Shown piece after piece: positions 8,418-20,000 of a stretch of 26,940 nucleotides of DNA (its first letter is position 1; every line of letters begins with the position of its first letter). Source of the DNA: a virus. Lineage: Duplodnaviria; Caudoviricetes. Position numbers and translations under genes: made by a program. A model generated the notes under the pieces. It was not told the DNA's origin. It worked only from the letters and a program-made list of their open reading frames with translations, and made no database searches. Where the stretch lies: IMG/VR virus record IMGVR_UViG_3300020397_000843, positions 1 to 26,940 of that record. One strand, given 5' to 3'.

Positions 8418-10430
8418 TTACACTCCCGCATATATTATAAAGTTAAGAGCCATATATGGATTCATTACATTCATTGCTTGTCCTAATGCTTGTTGTGTTT
8501 CTATTCCACCACTATTAGGTAATGCTTGTCCTGCTCCTACACCAGTTGGTGCATCAAATATAATTGCTTCATTATCATTAGGTGTACCAGATACATCTCT
8601 TGTAATATAATATTGATCGCCACTATCACCTCTAAGATCATGTTTGTGTTCTGGTAAATTATTTACTTGGATATTAACATCTTCACTACCGCCTTTAGCA
8701 CCTAACACGTCTGCGGCCAAGTCGGTTACATTATCTGCTCCTGTACCGCCCATGTCATCTTTGCCAAGAGGAAATCTGCCTCTTAAATCTGGTACGCAGA
8801 AATATCCTGCTGTAGGATTAGCATTATAGGTATATCCAATAACATCAAATAATCGTGTGTATGTAGCAATAGCAAGTTCTTGTCCATAACATAATACCCA
8901 CCCTAAAGGTGCGGCTGTACCTGCATAAGGTGTAACAACTCCTACTGGTGTTACAGGTACCGCGGCTAATAAGTTTTGTCTGTTTATTTTTTTAAGTCCA
9001 GTGTCACCGGTTATTCTATTAATTAGAAATTCATCATCACCTTGTGATTCTTGTACATTAGGTTTACTAGTTACAAAAGCATTACTTATACTTGTAGTAA
9101 ATGTTTTCAAACTGCCGCCGGTTTGACCGTCAAATACTAAATCTGCCGCACTAACATCTCCGGTAATTCTAAAAGTTGAAGAACTAGTTAATTTATCTGC
9201 TGACCCTGCTCTACCACTTACAGTACCACTTACATTTCCTGTTAAGTTTCCTACAAAAGTAGTAGCATACATATTTGCGTATTTTAAAGTTGAAGATCCT
9301 ATATCTCTTAGGTTATTTTGTTCAGGAACAATATTTCTTGTTTGCACTGTTCCTAGTACATCTAAGTCTTGTCCAATGTTTAGATTTTTGCTTACACCTA
9401 AACCGCCTGCTGTTGTAATTGCTCCTGTTCCAAAATTTGTGCTTTGAGTTGTATCTGTATTCTTAATAACTCCACTTGCTTTTATATTTCCTGTGACATC
9501 TAATGCTTCTTCAGGAGCAACATTATTGATTCCTATTTTTAAATTGCTGTCAACTCTTAATGCTGTTTTTAATATGCCGTCATTTTTAACTTTTACATCA
9601 ATACTTGAACCTGCAATATTATGTTGAATTATTCCTGCATTTCCTTCAACACCTATGTTTAATTCACTGTTTATTCCGTAATTTATTCCACTATTGTTTT
9701 GCACATTAATAGGAAATGATGTTGTACTTGCAACGTCACCTCTTAAAAAATTTCCTGCCGCAACAGTTGTATTTTGTACTATAAGACTTTCAGCTTTTTC
9801 TGCTGTACCGATATACTTAGGTACACCGTCTCCTGTTAAGTTAAATGTAGAAAGATTCAAACCAGGTACAATAGTTGAAAAACCTTGTATTGTAACCTTT
9901 GGCGTAAAACTATCATTTGCTATAATAGCAACTGGCTGTGCCGCAACTTCTATTTTTAAAATATTATATGTTAAATCATCTGTACCTACTACAGTGCTAG
10001 GTGTTGCACCAGTTACTAATCCATCACTAAAGTTTGGTCCAACCAATACCCAACCACTTCCCGTATACAAATATAGTTGTTGGTTATCTGTATCTACCCA
10101 TAAGTCGCCAAGTAAACTTTGTCCAGCTTGAGGTTCAGTAGTAGCTTTTTTTAATCCTCCTGATGGTACCCAATTGGTTCCGTCAAACACTTTCAGCTGT
10201 TCAACGCCAGGAGTGCTATCGTACCAAAGCTGTCCTTCAACAGGTGTAGATGGTTGTGTAGGACTTGCGAAGTTTTCTAATAAATGTAAAAAGTTTTCTG
10301 CAATAGCTGTACCATATGCAGTGGTATTTCTACCAGGTAACTTTAAAGACGTGCTTTGATTTATTGACCCGTCTTCAATAGTTATTGTACCTTTATTTGC
10401 TTGGTCTGTATATGGAATAGTGTATGACAT
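8418..10430 (-). CDS. Tail fibre protein with C-terminal phage tail-collar domain (670 aa)
   Basis: Shared fibre N-terminus; C-terminal PVGVVTPYAG..APLGWVLCYGQ..YTRLFDVIGYTY..VPDLRGRFPLG, NLPEHKH and NPYMALNFII are hallmark tail-collar / short-fibre tip motifs. Confidence 0.85.
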   Translation of the reverse strand: MSYTIPYTDQANKGTITIEDGSINQSTSLKLPGRNTTAYGTAIAENFLHLLENFASPTQPSTPVEGQLWYDSTPGVEQLKVFDGTNWVPSGGLKKATTEPQAGQSLLGDLWVDTDNQQLYLYTGSGWVLVGPNFSDGLVTGATPSTVVGTDDLTYNILKIEVAAQPVAIIANDSFTPKVTIQGFSTIVPGLNLSTFNLTGDGVPKYIGTAEKAESLIVQNTTVAAGNFLRGDVASTTSFPINVQNNSGINYGINSELNIGVEGNAGIIQHNIAGSSIDVKVKNDGILKTALRVDSNLKIGINNVAPEEALDVTGNIKASGVIKNTDTTQSTNFGTGAITTAGGLGVSKNLNIGQDLDVLGTVQTRNIVPEQNNLRDIGSSTLKYANMYATTFVGNLTGNVSGTVSGRAGSADKLTSSSTFRITGDVSAADLVFDGQTGGSLKTFTTSISNAFVTSKPNVQESQGDDEFLINRITGDTGLKKINRQNLLAAVPVTPVGVVTPYAGTAAPLGWVLCYGQELAIATYTRLFDVIGYTYNANPTAGYFCVPDLRGRFPLGKDDMGGTGADNVTDLAADVLGAKGGSEDVNIQVNNLPEHKHDLRGDSGDQYYITRDVSGTPNDNEAIIFDAPTGVGAGQALPNSGGIETQQALGQAMNVMNPYMALNFIIYAGV

Positions 10431-10433
10431 CTA

Positions 10434-11048
10434 TTATTCCTCAGCTAGTCCAGAAAGACTTTGTACTCTAACTGTGTAATCTATTTGTATTAATCTATTC
10501 AAACTTTTCTGTACAGGATGAAATATGACATGTGTAATTAAATTTCCAGCTCCGTCTGGATTCCAACTTTTTAATCCTAATTCATCAAATACATATAAAC
10601 TAGAAGCATCAGTTGCAGTATCAAAAGCATCTTGTCCTGAAGGTTCACCGTAATCTAAAAGACAAGTAACAAGTACATCAGTATAATTTGTTCCGCTTAC
10701 ATGCCTAGTTTCAAGTTTATTTCTCACAGGATCAACATTATTAATACTTCTATCGTCTACTACTTTGGTATATGTTTGGTTATATAAACTTGCATTCGTT
10801 CCTGTGTTATTTGGCGTCAAATATGTAATAATACCAGTAGGGTCAACACTTGTACCACCGTTTCCGAAACTCATTTCGTAAATCCAGCCTTTGCCTGCAT
10901 TTGATAAACTTTCTGCTAAAGCTATACTCATATTCTCATAATGAATAGCATTACGTTTATCAACGAAGACTTTTTGACTTTCTGGGTCGAAAATCTTAAT
11001 ATGTCCTTGAACTAGTATTCCACTTTTATCTTTTAATGTATCGGTCAT
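10434..11048 (-). CDS. Putative baseplate / fibre-attachment protein (204 aa)
   Basis: GHIKI..NAI, MSFGNGG, FDELGL and HPVQKS..IQIDYTVRV pattern of a compact beta-rich virion protein; lies between the giant wedge-like protein and the fibres; AGGA SD at 11055-11058. Function is inferred mostly from position. Confidence 0.55.
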   Translation of the reverse strand: MTDTLKDKSGILVQGHIKIFDPESQKVFVDKRNAIHYENMSIALAESLSNAGKGWIYEMSFGNGGTSVDPTGIITYLTPNNTGTNASLYNQTYTKVVDDRSINNVDPVRNKLETRHVSGTNYTDVLVTCLLDYGEPSGQDAFDTATDASSLYVFDELGLKSWNPDGAGNLITHVIFHPVQKSLNRLIQIDYTVRVQSLSGLAEE

Positions 11049-11065
11049 TTGTCATCCTACTGTGT

Positions 11066-11073
11066 TATTTATC
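11066..11073 (-). promoter_or_regulatory. Putative T4-like late promoter (GATAAATA) overlapping the stop codon of the giant gene
   Basis: Minus strand CCAAGATAAATAACACAGTAGGATGACAAATG; the TAA stop (11071-11069) is part of the motif; identical octamer to that at 6469-6476. Confidence 0.6.
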
Positions 11074-14000
11074 TTGGTAAGTCAACCTTGGTAGATCGCA
11101 AGAATCTAGCAATATCGGTATCGCTATTGCTTAGTGTCTTTCCTGTATCATTCCAAATCTTTCCTTGTCTCCTTATAACTATAATTTTCTGATTTTCTAA
11201 TGGTAAATCAAGTAAAACCAACTCATTACCGTTTTGTAAACTAAACTCTGCTGGTAATGTTATATCACCTTCTGGTGAATCTTGTGCTATCAAATCAGTA
11301 TTTGTGCCATATGTTGTCCTTAAATTAGTATCTAACTGGTAAGATTGTAAAGTATTTTTGCGTAAGCGTCTTCCTGCAACAAAAACTTCAAATTCATTAA
11401 CACTTGTTGGAGTAAAATCTAATTCATATGTTTTTGTTGTACCATCTGCTGTAAATAAGGTTGTTAAAGTTTCATCTTTATATGGCAAACTCTTTGCCGC
11501 ATTTTGATCATAAACTTCTGTACCTTCACTGTAAACATTTTTTACTCCAGTACCTAAAGTTCCTCTTCTTAAATTCTTGAGATATTGTCCGTCTTTTTTC
11601 AAGTATTCTATACGTTCTCCTTCAATAAAAATAACTCCAGGATTTTTACTGTCAGGCAACGGAGCAGGCAATGTTTCGCCATTTTCTACGTAAATCTCTC
11701 TGTCATACCAATTTAAATTTTGTAATAATCTAATATTTTTTGTACCGTCTAATACTTTATAATGGTTCCTGTTCAATATATCTTTGAACTGTCTCCAACC
11801 AAATTTGTTTCTTAGCAAATTATTAGCATAATGTATTGTTTCTACATTATCATTTTCATTCAAACCTTGCAAAAGTTTTACATTCATTTTGTCTGAAGTT
11901 ACAACGTAATCAACAGACGGATTTAAAATTTTACCGTTTACAATTACCCAAACATATTGATCGTCAACAGCAGGATATCTCAAAGGCACTATACCTGCTC
12001 TAAGCTGTCTTAATTCGTACCAGGCTGGAGTACTTGCATCAGGTATTATTTCTGCATTCAGTTGTTCAATTCTTAAAATATCTTCTGGAAAAGTTACAAT
12101 ACCTAAGTCATCTAATCCTAAACTTGTTTGGCCTGTACCAACTATTGTTTGTACATATGCATCTGTATTAGATACAGGTAGTCCTGTACCAAAATTAGGA
12201 TCATCAATTCTAACATTGTTTAAGAAAATTGCATACCTTTCTCCGGCAAGTAAAGGCTCAGGTAAATCAATTTGGTCTGTACTTCCATCTAATTGAAATG
12301 TTTGTGTACCTTCTTTAAACCCAGGCAGTAATTCAGTTCTTTCAACAATATCATAACTTTGTCTATCTAAACCTTGACTATCGTGATTACTAAATTGCCA
12401 TACAGTAATTTTATCACCTATTTGATAATTTGTGTTAATATATAATTCTCCAGGCCTTTTCACAAAATTTCCATTAACATCAAAATAACCGTACCTATAA
12501 TCACCTCCAGATAATGTGCTATCGTCCCAACCATTTACAAACACTCTTAACTTATCACCTGCAACACCTACATCATCAGCTAACAAAATTGCACTTCCGC
12601 TTTGTTGAGATAAAGGTATCGAAGGATCAAACGCTTCAGCTGAACTAAATGTCCATTGTGTAATAAAGTCTAATTCTTGATTGTTGAGATATACTCTGAT
12701 TTGCTCGTTGTTTAGAGAAGCTAACGGTACTTGATAAAGTTTTAATCTATATTCTCGCGTAGCTGTAACATCGAATACTTCGTTGTAACCTGCATTTAAA
12801 ATTTTATCATTTAGCCTTACAATAGTATACCATTCCGCTGGCGTTTGTGTAAAAGGTGTCTGAGTCAATGTGTAATATGATGTTGAACCATCTGCTTCAA
12901 ATTCGTCTATAGTTACTGCACTGTAATTTTGAACTTCACCTTGGAATACAGCATAGCGTATTATGCTGTCTTGCTTTGGTGGTGTTGCAAATTTTATCAT
13001 AATATTATTAGGTGCAACATCAGCTTTTGTAGATTCAACTATATCATTAGGTACAAGTTTTCCGTCTACAGAAATAATTGTAGATACATTTTCATTCCAT
13101 CTTATATTAGTCAGATAGTTTACTGTTGACCCATCTGCTGTAAATTCATCTATATCTAAAATATTGGCTCCACTATATTCTAAAGTAGACAAGTTTATTT
13201 TTGCACCAATGCCAGGAGCAGATACAAAAGTTAAAGTACTTGTGGCATAATCAATAGTATAATCTGTTGTTAATGTTTTTATTTGTCCGTCTACTTTAAC
13301 AAATAGTGATTTATCTGATATAGGTTGTGTGCCTATATCATAAATTGTAGTAGATCCGTTTCCAATGTAATTTCTACTTACAATATTACTTGCTCCAGTA
13401 GTTGGTCTTTCATATACTGTAATATCAACACTATCTTGCACTTGTCCAGGAATAAGTTCTTCAGGTCCTTTTGAAGTGGTAGGTGTTACAAATCCGTCAC
13501 CATCTACATTTATTTCTTCGCTGTTTAATCCTTGTGCAGAAGTGTATGCTAAATCTCCACCAGTTAATAAAGTATCATAATTTATATCGGTTGGTAAGAA
13601 ACTGCCATCGCTAGTTGTTTTTCTAACAATAATGATATCATCGGCTTGTGTTATGATTCCTAATTCTTGTAATTCTACAGTTGTCGTTGTGCCATCACCA
13701 ATTATACTACGCATGATTGCATTAGGATTTGTAAACTGTGTAGAATCATCTGTCCAATCAGGGTCGTCTAATCTTACTCCATTTTTGTAAACATTATATA
13801 CAGCACCATTTTCCAATGCTTTAGATAATTGTAAAGTAATTGTACTACCGTCTAACTTAATAACTTCATCTTCAAAACTAGTATCATAAGTATCATATGC
13901 ACCTGTGTAATATGGAGCAGTATCCCATCCACTTGGTCCGCCAAAATCAAAACTTTTAACTTCTACGCCTCCATAATCAATACCATCCATTAATTGTCCA

Positions 14001-17000
14001 AGATCTTTTGAATATTGTCCAGTTACAGGATTGTATGCTAGATTGATACGATCTTGTGCTTGTAGTAAATCTATATCTTTCAAATATGTTACAACAACCG
14101 CTGTTGATACAGCAGGTGGTTCTGTAAGAGTTATTCTGCCAAAATATCTATCATAGCCTTTTGTATTATCTTTAAAGTTAGAATATGAAAACTGACTTCT
14201 TAGTAATTCTTGGCCGCTTACTGTTACAGACACATTTGTTGTTTTCATATCCATTGGCCAGTCTAAATCAAAATTATATTTTGATCCTGTACCTACAAAG
14301 TTTTTACTATCAGATAAGTTTGTAATTAGGTAAAGTCCAGTTGTACGATCAAACTTAACTTTTGTGTAAATATTTCTAGGTAATGATTGACCTATAATCA
14401 CACTTAATTTTGCAGGAGTGCCTCCTTGTGCTACAGATCCATCAATAGTAATAGTTGGTGCTTCTAAGTATCCACTTCCGCTGTTAGTAACTTCAACTGC
14501 TGTAATTTTCCCCCCAGTACCTACTTTTGTAATAGCTGTAGCACCTGATCCGCCACCTCCAGATAATGTTATCTTAGGAGGTCCTTGATATCCAGAGCCT
14601 GAATCAGCTATCTGAATTTCTTTAACGATGAAGCCCACATTGTCTAACCAGCTTTTCTCCGGATATGCAATAATACTTCCTGTACCTGTAAGTTTTGCGT
14701 TTTGTATTTTTACAGGTAAAGGTTCTATATTCTGTGTATCTTCGTTGTAAGAAGGAGGTAAATCAAAGTCACTTATCCTACTTTGACTGTTATCTACTTT
14801 TTCATAGCTACTTACATATTCTCTTAATTTTGTTTTAAATGGTTTTACTTCGTCAATGTAGCTTTGATAGCTAGGTAAATTATCATTATTAAAAGTAATA
14901 TCTTCTCTAAGTTCACCTACATTGTGCTTTGCTTTTATAAAGCTAGTTTTGAATACCCAATCAACATAACTCTGTTCAGATAGTACATATCTTATACTTG
15001 CAAAAAACAATTTGTTGTATTCTATCGCTAAATCATTTACAAAAATATCATTTTTTATTGCATTTAAAACAATTCTAGTTTCTGAAGTAGGAAGGCTGTC
15101 AAAAAACTTAGTATCAAAAGAAATAATATCAAATCCATCTGCAGATCCATCTGTATCATATAAAGTTGATTTAAATTTTATAGTTCCGTTTTGTCTACCT
15201 ATTGTTTTATAGTTTACTGTATAATCTACACCTGTCTGGTCATCTATCTTTTCCAGCAACAACCAGCCTCCAGTACCTACATTACTAATTTTGACTACTT
15301 CTCCTATTCCATCGTCTAACCCATCTAATTGATAGCTAAAATCAATCAAATGATTTATTTCTGTAAAACTGCTGTAACCTGTATCATACCAATCAATGTA
15401 TTCCCAGTATAAGTTTGTATTATATGCCTGACTTCTAATTCTTGACCATGAATTAGTGCCTGTCAGTCTTTCATAAATTGACCATTTACCTTGAATAGTT
15501 TCATCATTGTTTACCAACACACTAAATTTTCTAATTTCAATAGTAGTGTTATCTTTATAATTTTGTCCGCCATTCACAATGTTTACATTTGTAATAACGC
15601 CAAGATTATTAATAGCAAACTCTAATTCCAACCCTGTGCCAGTACCTGATACTGTATATGTAGGAGCTACTAAATATCCTCTACCAGGATCTAATAAAAT
15701 TGCATCAACAACAACTCCGTCTACAATAGAAAGTTGAATTTTTGCTTGTCTAAAGTTTGCAATTCCTAAAAGATCTAGTTCTGCTTTAGTATCAACAGTT
15801 GTGTCATATACTCTTGTTACAGATGATGGAGCTGGTTCTTGCTGTGTAATGTTTGTTAAATTTTTACTATCAACAATTAACTGTTGTTTCAATACATTGT
15901 TTACTCTTTCAATGTACTGTTTTAGAGCTTCGGCTCTATTTTTGAACCAACTTTGTCTTGGTTTATTTTGAATTCCATATTTTTCTTTTTCACCTAATGT
16001 AGGATCTGGCACTAACTTCCCATATGCATCATAGCCTACTAAACTGTCTATCCATTTATTTTCTATATCTCTGTTAGGTTTACTTGTTGCTAATCCATCA
16101 GTGATAATCTGATACTGATTATGTATATTTTGATTTTGGTTATCTATAGTCCAGTATTGGATACTAATTGCAATATCTTTATTTTCAAGTAAACTTCTAC
16201 AATTATAAATTGCAAAACTATTATCAGAAAATAATCCTACAAATTGATATCCTTTACCAGCTGGGTCTGAAATAGCATCAGCTACATCAGAAGCTTTTAA
16301 TGACCTACCTTCTACATTTGGAATAATTTTTTTATTCTTTACCCAAAAATAATATTTGTTAGTAAACCTTTGAGATATTTCGTCAAAATCTTTTTTCTGT
16401 ACATAAGCATTATCGCCATGTTTACTAGTTCCTGAAATACCCTCTGCAATTCCTTCATCAGTATCAGTAAGACTATCCCATTGACTAGGTGTGTATTCAG
16501 ATTCTACCCATTCATAAATATCTATACTGTTTGTATCAAATACTTTATTCCAATTATTTGTAGAGAATGTAACATCATCTAAATATGGATAATAAAATTT
16601 AGCATTTGTCAAATCCCACCATAGCTCTCCTACTTGGTTTTTATCCCAAGAATTAGTTTGATTTACATTAAGTCCTGTAACAGTGCTTGTTGTATAAGTA
16701 GCTGGATCATAATATAATTTATAACTTAAATTTTCTTCAGCAACTCCGAATATTTTTCCTTGTATAGGATCAATATAATCCAAATATTTGACTAATTTAT
16801 TTGTCTTTGTATTGTAAAGAATAATTCTTTTTATTTTATTAATATCTACTACAGGCTTGGCCAATCTCAGGTCTGTAAATAATTTTCCTGGTAATCTAAA
16901 ATCTACAAGCGTTCCTGTATAATTTTGTTGACTTTTTACTGTGGGTAGACCAACATATATATGATTGCCTGATAATGCTAGATTCCGTCCAAAGTAATTT

Positions 17001-20000
17001 ACATTACTAAACGGTGTTTCGTATCTTAAACTATCTCCATACAACAATCTATCATTTACATTCTGGTATACGTATACTGTTCCACCTTCTTCAGTTTCAT
17101 ACCTAAAGTTTGTAAATTTATTGTCAAATGTAGTAACAGATTTATCAAATGTAGTTTGATTAAAGTTATCTGCATTTTTAGAATTTACAGCTAAAGTTTC
17201 TCCATCAAATTCAATCCTAAATCCAAACATTTCTGCTGATTCATTTTGTGGACTTTGTAAAATTTGTATCTGTTCGAATCTTCCATTAATTTGTTTGTAT
17301 ACAAAAACTCTGCCTTGATCATTTTTAACTGTGTCATCAGTTGGAGCTGATATAACAACTAAAGTACCGTCTTTACTAATCCTAACACTTTTACCAAAAT
17401 CCGATCCTACAGTAGGTGCTTCTATATCTTGGCTCCAACCAAAATAACCTCTGTTATTCCTATATATTGCAACTACATTCGGCTTTGTTTCGTACTTTAC
17501 AGAAGTTATTAATACTTGTCCGTCTGCACTTACATCATAATCAGTGCCAAAATCATATAAACCATTCTGATCAATTACGCTATCTAATGAACTATCATTT
17601 ACTACTTTTAATCCAGTATCATTTGGAATATATCCTACATAATCAATTAAATCATCAGTAGATGTCCAAAATTCTGGATTGAATGCACCAGGTAATAAAT
17701 TAGTTGTTGCAGTGAACAACTTGCCACCTAGATATACAATATCATTTTCTACATAAGATAAAGATTCATCATATGCTCCTTTGAACTTTTTATTTTTAGC
17801 ATATTCCCAAGCATAAATGTTATTATTCTCTGTACCATTTTTAATAAAATATATCCTACCAGGATTTGATGTAGTTTCATCATCTAAAGCAGAAATAAAT
17901 CCTCTGTATAAATTATTTTGTAAACCTATCCTTACCTTGCTACCAAATCTATGATTATCTCGTCTGTCTGAAGATACAATTCCGCTATCAAATTGATAAT
18001 TGCCGCCAAATCTTTGATATGTATATACAATACCTTCATTAGCAAATGAACTTGCTGTTCCGTTAGGTGTTGTGTTAATTACAAATACTTCTGACCAATC
18101 TGCGTTACTGCTTCCTGGAATATTAGCCAATCTCGGAATACCAGCAACTTGACCTTGTACATACAACCAATATTCTCCACCTATAATTTGATCATACTGA
18201 TTACCAGGTGGCAAATCAGTTATGTTTGAAGGAACAAGTGTAGGAATGTTTGACCCTGTATCAAACACTAATAATTTTCCTATGTCTGCTGGACTATAAC
18301 CTAGAGAAACTTGTTGTATTTGTCCTAATTTTCTATCAACATTGTAGATACCAGTTCTACCAAAAGCATCAGGATCAGGTCCAGAACCATATGCCAACAT
18401 TTCTATTTCAGCATTGTCACCAAACAAATCACCTCTGCTCCAACTGCCTGATACATTTTTAACAAAAATTACTATCCTGTTTAAATTTCTTTGATAGTAC
18501 GCTACTTCAGCTGTTGCACCAGTAGTGACATCACGTACAGTCTGGCCTACCACTGGTTCAAATAATTCTCCGTTTAAGAAAAATAAGTTTACGTATTCGA
18601 TATACCCATCCCATTTGTCAACCAAAGTTTGTGTTTTGTTAACATTTTCATATGTAAGTCCGATATCACTAGGTTGCACTAAAACATTTGTGTTAGGAAT
18701 AACAGTTGGTCGTCTAACGAGAGGTCCACTTTGTGATCCAACTATTAATTCTACTGTGTCCCATGTTCCTGTAATATTTGTAACTTGTATTGTAGTAGTA
18801 TTTGTAGCATTTGCAAAAACAGTTGCAGTTGCATTTGAATTATTTTGTGTTAGAATCTCTCCTTGTACAACCGAAGTGGTGCTATCAACAACCAAAGTGT
18901 AAACAGTTTTCTTAAGGTTATTAAAGTAGACATCTACACTATCTCCTATTTGAATAGTGTCAGTTAATGCTTTAGGAGCTCTCATTACAAATCTTGGATC
19001 AAGCGTGGGTTGATCTGTCCCTCCAGGTCCTGGTGCTCCTCTGTGTGTTAATGTTCTGACCAAACTGTGTTGTGTGTTCAAACTGTCGATTGTGGCTGTT
19101 TCAATATCTAAAATATTATAATAATATCTTCCTGTATTTGTACTGTCTGTCACAACATCTTTAATAACCAAACCTCTACCTGAATCACTGTTCGTAGTGC
19201 CAACACTATAAGGTGATGTTTGAATGAATAGATATCCGCCTAATTCTGAAGCTGTGTTTGTAGTGTCATTAGGTCCGGCTATAGTATATTCACCAACGAA
19301 ATCATTACCAGCTATAAACAAACTATTTGAAGCTGGAAAAACACCGTTCTGCTCATTACAGTAAATGGTGGTTGAACCGCCAACAGCAAAAGTATAAATT
19401 ACCTTAGCTGTTGCACCTAATGTTGTAACAGTTTCACCTATGTTAGGAATATTAGTTGTTTGATCTATGTAAAAAATTAAATCTACTTTCTTTGATACAG
19501 TATGATCAGTTTCTAAAAATTCCTTTGTAATGTACGGTATAGTTCCGTCAAATGGATCTCTGTCAGACAAAGTAACCTGTTGCTGATTTGCATTTGTTCT
19601 TTTATTCCATTGTAACTTTACTTCATCTTCTAAATCTATTCCAAGATATGTTGCTCTAGGAGCTCTAACTAAAAAGTGATCTGCTGTGGTGTTAGTAAAA
19701 GGATAATTACCTGCAAGTAACAAAGGAACTTGTTCTGAATTTTCTTCGTCAAGATTGAGATTGTATAATATTTGATTGTAGTTGCCAAAACTGTTAAACA
19801 GAATATTTGGCTGACTTCCTTCTATATCTTTTACAGCTTGCCAATTGGAATTTTGATATTCTACAATATTACCTGTAATGTAATTTTGTGTCGCATCATA
19901 ATTTCCTTGAAAATTTGTTTTTGCAAATGATGCGTTAGGTGCTCCTACCATTAACCATTTATTATCACTTGAAATATCAATACTTGAACCAAACCCTTGT

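Noticed and set aside
4960-10359. Plus-strand ORFs of 61-265 aa (including 7000..7797) opposite the fibre genes
   Set aside because: Fully antisense to well-supported genes; S/P/V/L-rich composition is what the reverse complement of G/T/D/N-rich coding sequence gives; mostly non-ATG starts and no motifs.
3952-10430. Diversity-generating retroelement or invertible tip cassette acting on the fibre genes
   Set aside because: No reverse transcriptase, recombinase, template/variable repeat pair or inverted repeats were seen in this window.
8418-18445. RGD tripeptides (FLRGDV and DLRGDS in the 670-aa fibre, SRGDL in the giant protein) plus an integrin-like propeller as signs of a eukaryotic target
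   Set aside because: Three RGDs in about 6000 aa are compatible with chance, and FG-GAP propellers are common in bacterial and phage proteins.
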